The notes below the pieces were generated by a model. It worked only from the letters and a program-made list of their open reading frames with translations. It was not told where the DNA came from and did no database searches. Made by a program: the position numbers and the translations under genes. From the NCBI RefSeq assembly GCF_009914755.1, contig NC_060933.1: a DNA stretch of 64,000 bases; one strand, given 5' to 3'. This DNA is from the human T2T-CHM13v2.0 reference genome, Homo sapiens. Positions 52,565 to 64,000 of this stretch are shown here, piece by piece (position 1 is the stretch's first letter; every line of letters starts with the position of its first letter).

Positions 52565-54040
52565 ATGGGTAATCACATCTCCCTACTACAGTACAAACCC
52601 TTTGGATGCATCCTCAAGAACTGAAAGTTTGACCCCAAAACCCTGAAAAGGAAAAGGCTAATATTTTTCTGTATCACAGCCTGGTTTTAATACAAGCTCC
52701 AGGAGCAGGAATCTTGACCAGAAAGTGGAAGCATAAATTTTAAATTTTTAATATGCTCTATCAGCTAGATCTGTTTTGCCACTAGCAGGGAAAATAGACA
52801 GAAATCCCCTATGTACAGGCCCTAAGAAACAACCCAGACCTTTGTTGGGCTTGTAAAATTGATCCAGTGATGATAGCAGCCATAATCATGCTGCCCCATC
52901 TGGTTGGTTCGGGAGACCCCTCATTGGGTTTACCCAGGGCTCAAGCCCTGGAGGAACCAAGAGTGGAGCTTAGCTCAAACCCTACCCTTTGGCCCCATTA
53001 TATCCAAGTCTCCTGGCCCTGGAGCCTTCCCTTCCCTACCCAGGGCCATCCTCTGGACACCACCCCCTCAAGTTATGCTCCCTTCAAGAAGTTAGTTGAC
53101 CTACTAGAGTTCAGACTCCATTTAATATGCAAGACCTGAGTCAAATTAAAACAGAACTAGGGAAGTTTATGGAGGATCCTGACAAATGCATCAAAGGGTT
53201 CCATAAACTGGGCTTAACATTTGAACTCACTTGGAGGGATCTCTCAGTCATACTGGGACAAACCCTGTCTAAGGGAGAACATGACTCCATTATGGAGGCA
53301 CCCCAAAAATTTGCAAATGCAATACACATGACTGACCTTGGTGGCTACCCTGTATGGGCCACCACAGTTCACTGGGTCAGCCCCAATTGGGATTACAATA
53401 CCCATGGGGGCATATGGGCAAAGAATTGCATGTTCTTATGTCTTGTAGAAGGAATGAAAGCTAGAAGAGCCAAGCCTGTAAACTATAATAAAATTGGTCT
53501 TAATAGATCAAGGACCTCTTGGAAACCCCACCACTTTCCTAGAGAGGCTACAAGAGGCCCTGGTGAAACACACTAACCTAGACCCAGAGACATCACAAGG
53601 GCAACTGGTCCTGAAGGACCATTTTTTAACTCAGGCAGCCCCACATATTTGGAGGAAACTCTAAAAACTAGCACTGGACCCCAAAACCCTTATGCCTGAC
53701 ATCTTCAACATAGCTTCCTCTGTCTTTTACAACCAGGACTAGGAGAAAGAGGAAAGGGCTCAGGGAAAGAAGAGGTAAAAGGAAAAGCAGCAGCTCCAAC
53801 TATTGGCTGCCCTAAAAATCCACCAGCCCTCTCCAAGTTGCCCTCAGAATACTCTCCCAGTTAACTGCCATCAGTGTGGGAAGCCAAGACACTGGAAGAC
53901 AAACTGCCGCAGTGGGACAGATGGGAAAAATCCCTACATGGCTTGCCCTTTCTGTCACAAACTCAACCACTGGAAATGGAACTGCCCTGAGGGCTGAAGG
54001 GCCCCTAGAACAGAATCCCAATTCCTGATGGCCTTAAGCT
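52565..54040 (+). pseudogene. gag pseudogene
   Basis: ATG GGT AAT (MG myristoylation-type start); capsid remnant DLSQIKTELGKFMEDPD...LTWRD (53127..53576); two CCHC knuckles CHQCGKPRHWKTNC and CPFCHKLNHWKWNC (53803..53997); many stops and frameshifts. Confidence 0.9.
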
Positions 54041-57000
54041 GAAAAGGCCCGCCACTCCAGCCAGCTCCTGGACTGAACATTACTATTGAAGGGACAGAGC
54101 TAAGGGCTGCTTTGGATGTGGCAGGTAGGACTATAAGTTTTCTTTGGGAAATGGCCTGCTTGGTGCTTATGTCTTCATGGGCAATTATCCTCCAAGGTGA
54201 TGGGGGTAAATTGGGTGCCCATAACCCAAAGGTTCACTCCTCATCTTTGCTGCCTGTGAGGGGAGACTGTCTTTTCTCATTCATTTTTAATGATAGCAGA
54301 ATGTCCTACACTGCTTTTGGGTAGAGATATTTTATTTAGACTAGGGGCTTAGTTAACCTTTTCCAAATGCAATCTTATGCCTCAAGGAAGTCACACACAA
54401 GGATGAACTTCCCAGACTTTTCCATTAATCCAGAAGTCTGGGGCTCAAGAATATCAGGAAAGGTCATAATGGTAATGCCTATAGTAACTCAGCTCATGGA
54501 TCCTTCTAGCTAACCTTGTAGAAGGCAGCTTCCTCTTTGACCTCTGGCCAAAAGGGACTTCATCCCCTAATTGAAAAATGTCTAAAACATGGATTATTAA
54601 TATACTATAACTCGCTATGTAACACCCCTGTCTTACCTGTTAAAAAGAGCAATGGAGCAATGGACAATATAGGCTAGTCCAGGACCTGCAAATCATAAAT
54701 GAGGCAGTAGTCCCAATACACCCAATGGTCCCCAACCCATATATTATTCTAGGAGAAGTACCCCCAGATGCTCATTTGTTCTCAGTCTTAGAGCTCAAAG
54801 ATGCTTTCTTTTGTGTCTCCCTAGACTCATCCTCCCAATTTGTATTTGCACTTGAATTGGGGAATGAAAAAGGAAGGAGTCTACAGCTAATCTGGATAGT
54901 ACTTCCGCAAGGTTCCAGAGATGGTTCCAATTTGTTTGGGCAAGTCTTGGCTAGAGATTTGCAGGACCTAACTCTTGAGGGTTGAGGGTGTCTCCTACAG
55001 TACATAGATGACAGATGACCTGTTAATCTGCTCCCCTACAAGAGAGTTATGAATCCTGCATCTAGTCCAGACACTAGATTTTCTCACAGAGGGTACAAGA
55101 TGTCTAAGGCCAAGGCACATCGATTAAGAAAAGAGGTTTAATACCTGGGGATAATCCTGATCCCACAGAGAACATAAGCTTTCTCCAGAATGGATACAGG
55201 CCATCCTTAGAATACCTACCACAACCACCCAAAAGCAACTTTGGGCTTTTCTGGGGATCACAAGATATTCCAGACTTTCAATACTGGCATATGGTGGAAT
55301 TATTAAGTCCTTATATCAGGTTCTAAAAGAAGGGACTCATCAGGACCCACTTCTCTGGGAAAAAGATCAGAAGCAAGCCTTTAGAGAACTAAAAACTGCC
55401 TTCTCACAAGCCCTAGCCCTTGGGCTACCCATACTAACCAAACCGTTTCAGCTTTTCATCACTGAAAGTAAGCTGTAGCCCTGGAAGTTCTAACTCAAAC
55501 CATCAGGCCATCAAATGTCCTATAGGTTACTTTTTAAAGAACCTAGACCCAGTAGTGCAAGGGTGGCCACACTGCCTAAAGGTAGTGGCTGCAGCAGCCC
55601 TTTTACCCAAGGAGGCCCTCAAAATCACAGTGGGACAGTCGGTCAGGCTCCTGACATTCCAACTAATAGGCCCCTTATTGGATATAAAAAGACCGCAATG
55701 GATCACTGACAACAGACTGCTAAACTACCAAGTCTTGTTGTCAGAAAACCCACAGGTAACAGTTGAGTGGTGTTCCACTCTTAACCCAGCCTCCTTACTG
55801 CCACTACTAGAAGAGGATAACTGAACACATTCATGTTGTGAGATACTTAACCAAATTTATGCCAGCCAGGAAGACTTACAATATCAGCCCCTAGGTTATC
55901 TAGATGAAATATGGTTTTCAGATAGGATTGGCTTTGTCAAGAATGGAGATAGATATGCAGGGTATGCTATATGTCCCTTCACCCAGTTACAGAGGTGGTA
56001 GCTCTGTCCCTGGGGACCTCAGTGCAACTAGCTGACCCATCACATTGACCAGGGCCCTAAAACTTGGGGAAAGAAAAAGAATAACCACATATACAGATTC
56101 CAAATATGCCTTCCTGGTGCTTCACACCCACATGGCTAACCAGAAGGAAGGGGGATACCTAACAGCTTGGAATACTCCTATTACATAGAGACCTCCAATC
56201 TTAGAGCTACTAGAGACTGTTCATTTGCCTCAGGAAGTGGCAGCAGTGCACTGTAAAGAATACCACAGGGGTTCTGATGAAACTGCATGGGGAAATATGT
56301 TATCTGACCAAAAAGCTAAAGAGGCAGCCATCTCAAAAGACACCTCTGTGGGGACTTTACTCCCCTCTCTCCCCAGTGAACTGCCCTTCTCCAATACACT
56401 AAGGAAGAAATAGATTGGGCCATCCAGCATGGGTATAAAGAAGAAACCAATGGATGGTACATGTTGGGAGAACTTCTCCATCTACCTAATGCTTCCCAGT
56501 GGAAAGTCATCAAGTGTTTACTTGACTCATGCCACCTTGAAAAGGACAGTCTAGGGTAAATTTGTAAATGGGTGTTCAGTGGGAAGGGACTAACCAAAAT
56601 TATTCAATAGGTTTGTCAAGCCTGCACCTTGTGAACCACAAATAATCCCTAGATGGGGAAGCCCCCTCCATAATAAGTCAAATCCAAAGGAGAGGTACAT
56701 ACTCTGGGGAGGACTGGTAGATGGACTTCACTCAGCTACCCACATGCCACAGGTGTAAGTACCTCTTGGTCTGTGTAGGTACCTTCACAGAACGGGAAGA
56801 CTCCTGCCCCACAAGGACTGAAAAGGCACAGGAGATAGCTGACTTGCTCCTAAAGGAACTCATTCCCTGCTTTGAACTCCCCAGGTCATTGCAGAGTGAC
56901 AGTGATTCATCTTTTTTTCCCCAAGTAACTTAACAGGTTAGTAATGCCCTAGGCATGAAGTGGTACCCTCACTTTGCCTGAGAACTGCAATCTTCAGGAA

Positions 57001-57580
57001 AAGTGGAAAGAATTTACCAAACCCTGAAATGCATCCTCAATAATCTCTGTCAGGAAATAGCAGTCATGGGTGGACCTCTTACCTTTAACCCTCCTTCAAA
57101 TCTGTATTGCCCCTAAGGCTCCCTAGCAATTAAGCCCCTTTGAGATCTTATATTGTAGGCCATTTCTATATTCAGACTTATCTGATACTAGATGAAGAAA
57201 CTGCCAAAATCACCCAGTATGTTTCTTCTTTAGCAGGCTTCCAACAGACTCTCTGGGAATATGGGTTAAAAACAAACCCAACGTCGGAAGGGGAAACAAT
57301 CCCAGCCTCTGTATCTTCCAGGCTCTAGTTCTCATTAAAGCTTGGAAGGTTGAAACTCCAAATTCCTAACTAACTGTATTCTGGGGGGGCCACTTCACTG
57401 CTCCAGTATCTATTCCCACAGCCATTAAAGTACCAGAGATAGCCAGCTGGATACATCATGCCTGGGTGAAGTCATGGAAAGGCCATGCAACACCAGAGCC
57501 AGAACCAACACCCTCAGCTCCAGAATACACTTGTGAGGCACTGGAAGACCTGAAATTCCTCTTTTAGTGAAAACATAAGT
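54040..57580 (+). pseudogene. pro-pol pseudogene (protease, RT, RNase H, integrase)
   Basis: VPNPY...FSVLELKDAFF...VLPQG (54725..54985); TAC ATA GAT GAC = YIDD at 55001-55012; GWPHCLKVVAAAA tether; VAAVHCK...GN RNase H; MDFTQLP...KYLLV...LQSD integrase. Confidence 0.92.
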
Positions 57581-57756
57581 AATGCCCCCTCAACATCCTT
57601 TCACCTCAAAGTAAGGTGATCCTAGTATTAGGAATTTTACTAACAATTGTTATGATTATTATCACTATTTTAATCCCAACTTGTACACCACCAGGAGTTC
57701 CAGTGGCAGCTTGCTTTGTGATCAATTTCTCTCTCTCACAATCACCTTAGGTCACC

Positions 57757-59501
57757 ATGGCTCTGCTCCTGTTGGTTCTCATACTCAACGCTTTACTGGC
57801 AGCACACTGCCATCCTGATTTCCTGTTATGAGAAAAAGCTCAGCAATTGCTCCAAAACACAGGATCCCCTTACTCCACCAAATGCTGGTTATGTACTAGC
57901 TCTTCCTCTAAAACACCAGGGAGAGCTTATCCAGCCTGTACCAGAGATTGGACAAGCATAGACATAGAGTTACGTATTTCCTCTCAACAGGACCCTAATC
58001 TGAAAGAGCTATTTGGGTCTGCAAATAACATTTTTTGCAAAAGCAAAGCAGTATTTACTTGACATCCACAAGGCACCTCTCATTTTTGGATCAATCTTTT
58101 CTAATATCACTTTAATGGGAATAACCTCTATTTGTCTTATGGCCAAAAGAAAAAGATGGATTGGATGTAGGCTCTTTCCCAGTATAGCTTGTAATGTTAC
58201 TCTCTCTGTAGATTCTAACCAACAGACTGATGGAACATACACCGAAAACCAATTCCACCATCAACCAAGATTCCCCAAACCTTCAAATATTATCTTTCTT
58301 CAGGCAACTTTGCTAATTAAGTCCATTCAGTTTTGCCAGCAATGCCCAAGCTCATGCAGTACTTGAAATTTCTAGTTCCAGCCTGATGATTATAACCAAT
58401 GTCTGCAAATTGCCAACCTCAGCTCCACAGCAGAATGGGTTCTAATGGACTAAACTCAAAATTCTCTTTTTTTGGGAAAATGAAACCAAGGGAGCTAATC
58501 AGAGCCAAACCCCATGTACCCAAGTGTTAGCAGGCATGAATGTAGCTACCAGCTACCTGGGTGTGTTGTCATCCTTGGTATTTTTGGGGGCTGTCCTCAT
58601 CTCTTCTTTTGTTTTGACATCTCTACTTGTCTTAAAACCCAAGGAGCCTTCTGTGTTTGTGGCCAATCAGTTTACCAATGCCTCCTCATTAAATGGACTG
58701 GAACTTGTACCATAGATTATGTACCCCTGGACATCTTTATACTCCCTGGCAATCTCTCTCTTCCAGCACCAATCCATGGGAATTCTATCTTGCCCAGGGT
58801 GAAAAGGGCTATCCAATTAATTCCCCTTCTTATGGGCCTCAGCATTATAGCTGGTATGGGAACCTAAACTGCCGGAATCTCAAAAGCCTCCTTGACCTAT
58901 AGCCAACTCTGAAAGGAAATAGCCAGCAAGTTTAATATCATGGCTAAAACCTCAACCATGGCCAGAGCAAATTAACACTTTAGCAGTTGTAGTCCTCCAA
59001 AACTGTCAAGGACTAGATATGTTAATGGCAGCACAGGGAGGAATTTGTTTAGCTTTAGATGAAAAATGTTGCTTTTGGGTAAATCAATCAGTAAAAGTAC
59101 AAAACAACATCAGACAACTCCTAAATCGAGCCTCCAGCTTACAAGAACAAGCCTCTCGTGGTTAGTTAGATTGGTAAGGAACCTGGAAATGGGATCTTCC
59201 CTGGGTTCTTCCCTTTTTAGGCCCACATGTTAGCCTCTACTTTTGCTCCTTTCAGTCCATGTCTTCAAAAATCTAATAACCCAATTTGTCTCCTTTCTCT
59301 CACCTTTAGATGATCAAGTTCCAGATGATCCTCAGTGAGGGATACCATCCTTTCAATATTCAAGAGTCACCCTTCTACAGAGGACTCCTAGACTTCCCAT
59401 CAGTGGGACATGGCAGAGGTGAAATCCTGCCCCTGTCTCCCTTAGACCTGGCTGGATACTGCTTCCAACAACCCATGCAGCCACCCTGCCCTGACAGCTA
59501 G
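57757..59501 (+). pseudogene. ERVFRD-3: env pseudogene, syncytin-2 (ERVFRD-1) paralog
   Basis: MALLLLVLIL...HPDF..*EKAQQLLQNTGSPYSTKCWLC, NQFHHQPRFPKP, STCLKTQGAF, furin site RVKR|[28 protein letters not shown] and NIQESPF all match syncytin-2 as I recall it. First stop is TGA at 57829-57831, with further stops and frameshifts. The symbol is inferred from the locus identity. Confidence 0.9.
59310..59501 (+). CDS. MTAP: Retrovirus-derived alternative terminal coding exon of MTAP (exon 9, long form; internal donor after 59418 for the short form)
   Basis: Acceptor TCTCCTTTCTCTCACCTTTAG|ATG at 59309/59310; 63-aa ORF MIKFQMILSEGYHPFNIQESPF...QPPCPDS matches the alternative MTAP C-terminus I recall; GAG|GTGAAA donor at 59418/59419. 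Upstream MTAP exons are outside the window. Confidence 0.85.
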   Translation: MIKFQMILSEGYHPFNIQESPFYRGLLDFPSVGHGRGEILPLSPLDLAGYCFQQPMQPPCPDS

Positions 59502-59611
59502 CAAGAGGCCAAGACCCACAGAACAATCACCATCACACCTCTGTCAGCAGGAAGCAGTTACAGAAGACTGACCTTCATCCAGTTTCCCAAAGAATTGGGT
59601 CATGGATTTTT

Positions 59612-59622
59612 GCGGGGGAAAA
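59612..59622 (+). promoter_or_regulatory. Polypurine tract
   Basis: GCGGGGGAAAA immediately before the TG of the 3' LTR. Confidence 0.75.
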
Positions 59623-60239
59623 TGTTAGAGTAGGTAATTAGGCAGACATGAGTAAGGGAGGAGAGACCCCCTCCAACTAGGAATGTCAGGTGAGCATCAG
59701 ATGATCATCAGGTGGTTGTTAAACTCTCTCTCTAAAATAATAATAGGTTGCAACTGGCAGCAGGGAAAGACAATCTCCCAATAGATAGAAAAGTCCTGAA
59801 GCTGGTGATCAGCAGCTTCCTAGTAAGATCTCAGGATTTGGGCAAGCAGGCTCAAACATGGGCACTAAGAGGCAAAATCGTGGAGTTTAACTGGTATACA
59901 GACTTCCTCTAAAAACACATGACTCATGCACATGTGGACAGCCTTCCCCAAGGAAAAATCAAAAGAGGAGAGATGCAAAACCCCAGAAGCATGCCAATAT
60001 ATAAAACCCCAAGTCTAAGGTCAAACAGGGCACTTGGATTTCTCAAGTTGCCCACTTGGCCCTCTTCTAAGTGTACTTTATTTCCTTTCATTCCTGCTCT
60101 AAAACTTTTTAAATTTCACTCCTGCTCAAAAACTTGCCTCAGTCTTTCACTCTGCCTTATGCCCCTTGGAAGAATTATTTCCTTCAAGATGGCAAAAATC
60201 AAGCTGCTGCAGACCCATACAGATTTGCTGCTGCTAACA
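59623..60239 (+). mobile_element. 3' LTR (MER50), about 80 bp shorter than the 5' LTR
   Basis: TGTTAGAGTAGGTAATTAGGCAGACATG...GCTGCTAACA; deletion near 59925; AATAAA missing at about 60110. Confidence 0.92.
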
Positions 60240-60328
60240 GGAGGATAACTTGAGCCCAGAAGGTTAAGGCTGCGGTGAGCCTTGATTATGCCACTGCTCT
60301 CCAGCCTGGCAACAGAATGAGACTCTAT
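60240..60328 (+). mobile_element. AluJ, 3' part
   Basis: GGAGGATAACTTGAGCCCAGAAGGTTAAGGCTGCGGTGAGC...CCAGCCTGG completes the Alu begun at 49989. Confidence 0.92.
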
Positions 60329-60427
60329 TTTTTTTTCTTTTAAAAAGACTTTTTACAAAAGGCAAAATGATAATGGAACTAAAAATGTACGTTGACTGAC
60401 TTAACTCCAACTGCTTCTTCCCTCAAT

Positions 60428-61171
60428 TGAAACCACCTTTGCAAAAATTATAACAGTGAGAAAATTATGGCAGTAGGGGTGATCTGATCAAGCCAAACCC
60501 CATCTTGCCTTTAGCCTTCAAGCTGCCCATAATTATTCCTGGGCTTAGGCCAAGCTAACTTTGGGAGACACTTGGTCTATAGTTTAAATGATAATAGTCC
60601 TTCCTTAAAATTCAACCACCTCAGCAAAGCTGATGAGAGGCCACCAGGCAAGGAGGATAGAGGAGTCTAAATTCTGCTAAGGTGTAGATATAAACAGTTT
60701 CCAGCCATTATTCTGGAGGTCACAAAATGTGCAACTTCTTCAATTACTCCTGCAGATAACATCAGTATTTTAGAACCTAAGATTGGCCTTTTGAGATGTC
60801 TTTTCAGGTTTTTTTGTGTGTCTGACTACCGATGGCTCCACCTGGACCCACCAACCACTCCTGTGGCCCCATCCAGAAGCAACTCAGCATGCATAAGGAC
60901 TATTTCCCACACCCCTATGATTGCACCCCCAACCAATTAGCAGCAAGGACTTATTGCCTAAAACAGCCCCATTCATCCCCCAAACCATCCATGAAAAACC
61001 CTAGCTTTCAAATTTCCGGGGAAGCTGATTTGAGCAATAATAAAATACGTCTCCCATTTAGCCAACTCTACATGTATAAAACTCTTTCTCTATTGCAATT
61101 CCCCTGCCTTGATAAATGATAAATCAGCTCTATCTGGGCAGCAGGCAAGAAGAACCCGTTGAGTCCTTACA
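60428..61171 (+). mobile_element. ERV1 solo LTR (LTR8 family)
   Basis: TGAAACCACCTTTGCAAAAATTATAACAGTGAG start, TTACA end, AATAAA at 61039-61044. Confidence 0.8.
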
Positions 61172-62263
61172 ATATCCTTCTTTCTACCCTCCTCTGCCTA
61201 ATTACTCTGAATCTACTAACTTTTTCACTCAGTTATTTTTCCACTTTGAAGACAAAAAGTTAGAAAAAAAAATGCCTTATGAAATTAGTCCCTCAGAATA
61301 AACCAGCTGGGCTTTCTTTAGCCACCTGTATGCTTTAGTCAAAATCTAAGCTCAGAGGCAATAGTGAAAGGCTTTCTTATCCCAAAGGAAAACTCTCAGA
61401 AATTTGCTGAAGCTATCCACACTGAGTGTAGGTATAGAACATGCTTTGCCCTATTTATTCATGGGCACCATCCTGAACTCAGTAATCTAGCTTTTTTCTT
61501 TTGAAGCTGGATGGGGAAGACACAGATCTAGCTGAATTAGTTGCCAAAATATGCTATCTGGCATAAAGATTATTTTGAGAGAGTTATTTTGAGACTCTTT
61601 GTAAGAGAAATTTATATCTACAAAGGAAGTCTCCATTTATAAGCTTGTCTCTCTGCATCAGGAAGAAAAGAAGGACTAAATCACCAGACACTCTTAACCA
61701 ATGGAGAAGGAGTTTAAGTAACAAACCTTACCTTTGTTTAAGGTGCTTTTTCTGGCTCTCTGCCATTAAGATCTACATTTTCCACCCTGTCTCCTCTAGG
61801 ACCTGAGGGTTATCTCTTTGATATGCAAATGCCAGGGAGATTACTCACCAGAAGAAGAAGAAGAAATAGAGCTAATTGGAAATTGAGCAAATAAAAAAAT
61901 CTTGTTTTTTCTCCCAGAAACAGTGAAAAGCTTTAGCCATCCTTTAGATAATCTTAACTTGTTCCATCTGCCAGAAACACAATTTGGATTCAGAAATTCT
62001 TTATGAACTGTTTTTGTATTATTGTACCTGGCACATGGCTACAGTTTTCAAATGAAAACTGTGAAATCTGCTTCTGTCTGTATTTTATGTATGTCTGTGT
62101 ATGCATGTATGTGTAATATTTTTCTACCTCTAGAGACTATCCTAAAATTAACTTATAAAGAGCTGTATTTAATTGCCTTAAAGAAAAAGCACTTATACAA
62201 ATTAAGTATTTTTTAAACTTTCAGAAAAATAAGACCTAGCGCAAATGTTCTTCAAGTTGATAT

Positions 62264-62696
62264 TGTTAAAAGAAGAAACTTCAGCCAAATTAAACTTAAA
62301 GAAGTTTAATTGAGCAATGAATGATTCACAAATCAGGCAGCCTCCAGAGTTACAGCTGATTCATGGAGACTCCAGGGATGCCTCATGGTCAGAACAAATT
62401 TATAGACAAAAAAAGGGAAGTGACATACAGAAATTAGAAGTGAAGTACAGAAAGAGCTGGACTGGTTACAGGTTGGTGTTTGCCTTATTTGAACACAGTT
62501 TGAACACTCAGCAGTGTCTAAGTGGTTGAAGTATGGCTACTAGAATTGGCCAAGACTCGGCTATTGTTACAGGAACGTACTCCTAAATTAGGTTTTCAAT
62601 CTTGTCTACCTGTTAAGTTAGGTTACAGTTCATCCACAAGGACTCAAATATAGAAGTACGGAGTCCTTCTCAGGCTATCTTCAGTTCTCTTTAACA
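62264..62696 (-). mobile_element. ERV1 solo LTR (MER57-like)
   Basis: TGTTAAAAGAAGAAACTTCAGCC start, TTTAACA end; TSD-like ATAT/GTAT. Confidence 0.75.
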
Positions 62697-62939
62697 GTAT
62701 GATACGGGATAATCTTCAGTAAATAAAAATTTCTTTAAGTTTGTTGGATTAACTAAAGCAGGCATGTCTTCAGAGTTGTCAACATTAAATATAATACATA
62801 CATACAGTTTTTTTCTACCAGGGGTTACTAGGCAAATAAGTTTGTTATTGTAACTAGATGTTTAAGATTATAAAACTGTCAGTTTAATCTAAGAGCAAAA
62901 GTGAAAATGTGGTAGCTATTTTATTAAGTACAGCGGTAA

Positions 62940-63300
<361 letters not shown>

Positions 63301-63584
63301 TTAACTTTTTTTTAGGTTCTTGCTTTTGTGATATTTGGCTAACATACATATGCTGTAAAAATTGTTAATAGGAAAATATTAATAATGAGATGTTGACTAG
63401 CTTTGTCTGTCTAATGAAATTTCATAAGTCAATTAAAATTAAGAACAATTGAATTATAGAATAGAATTCAATTGAATTCTATTGAATACACTTGCTGAAT
63501 ACAACAATTGAATTGTAAATAGAATAGAAATTATAAATGAACTTTTCAATAGTAATTATTTTTTAATACGGGTACTTAAAATTG

Positions 63585-63960
63585 TGTCAACTTCTTAACA
63601 AAAGAAATGGAGGCAAAATTAGTATAAACAGTTTATTTGGGCCAAATTTGAGAACTGCAATGTGGGAGACACGTCTTCAAGTTGCTATGAATATAAACTC
63701 CAATTAGCAGCAGTTACAAGCGGTTTTTTTTTTTTAAAGAAGGGGCAGTTCTTTAGTTGCATATAAACTATTGATTGGCTATACATTTTTTTTTAACCAT
63801 AAATTCCAGGAGCATGAACATAATGGGTGAGGGTCACATCCCCTGGGCATGGATTTGGGGCAGGATGTGACAAAAATCTCATACTCATGTCTCTCTGGGC
63901 CTGATAAATTTTGCATACTTTATATAGTTCAGACTCTTCTGAGCTACGTTTCTTTCTCTT
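63585..63960 (-). mobile_element. Probable MER4-group LTR; flanking 61400-63580 looks like ERV1 LTR/internal debris
   Basis: AGTTTATTTGGGCCAA...GAGAACTGCAA...TCAAGTTGC antisense LTR pattern; family not resolved. Confidence 0.45.
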
Positions 63961-64000
63961 CCTTTTGGTTGAGTTTTTTTTTCTTCTGAAAGTATTGATG

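Larger units (their letters stand above)
50193..60239 (+). mobile_element. Full-structure decayed ERV1 provirus, MER50/HERV-FRD family (LTR-gag-pro-pol-env-LTR)
   Basis: Two related LTRs with TG...CA ends, 4-bp TSD GGAG (50189-50192, 60240-60243), PBS-like and PPT sites, colinear gag/pol/env remnants. Confidence 0.95.

Noticed and set aside
57757-59378. Functional syncytin-2 gene ERVFRD-1
   Set aside because: Stop at codon 25 plus further stops and frameshifts; this is a paralog, not the intact gene.

Overview
Repeat-saturated human DNA with no intact multi-exon gene, made mostly of nested L1, Alu, L2/MIR, MaLR and ERV1 LTR relics. An AluYa5 at 46368 supports human origin. The main feature is a structurally complete but decayed ~10 kb MER50/HERV-FRD provirus (50193-60239, +) inserted into an AluJ. 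Its env pseudogene is a clear paralog of syncytin-2 (ERVFRD-1). The last 192 nt of the env frame (59310-59501) encode a peptide I recognise from memory as the C-terminus of a retrovirus-derived alternative exon (exon 9) of MTAP. That would place the window at 9p21.3, downstream of canonical MTAP, and make the provirus ERVFRD-3; I could not run a search to confirm this. Other notable structures: two L1PA copies 15 kb apart sharing a nonsense mutation and other rare variants (suggesting ectopic gene conversion), two locally templated insertions, an L1 internal inversion with a perfect 36-bp inverted duplication, an L1 3' transduction, an Alu monomer with a non-Alu 3' end, a piggyBac-type MITE and a candidate minus-strand terminal exon. 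Most ORF-track entries are L1/ERV debris or spurious. Repeat subfamily names and old-repeat boundaries are by eye and approximate.
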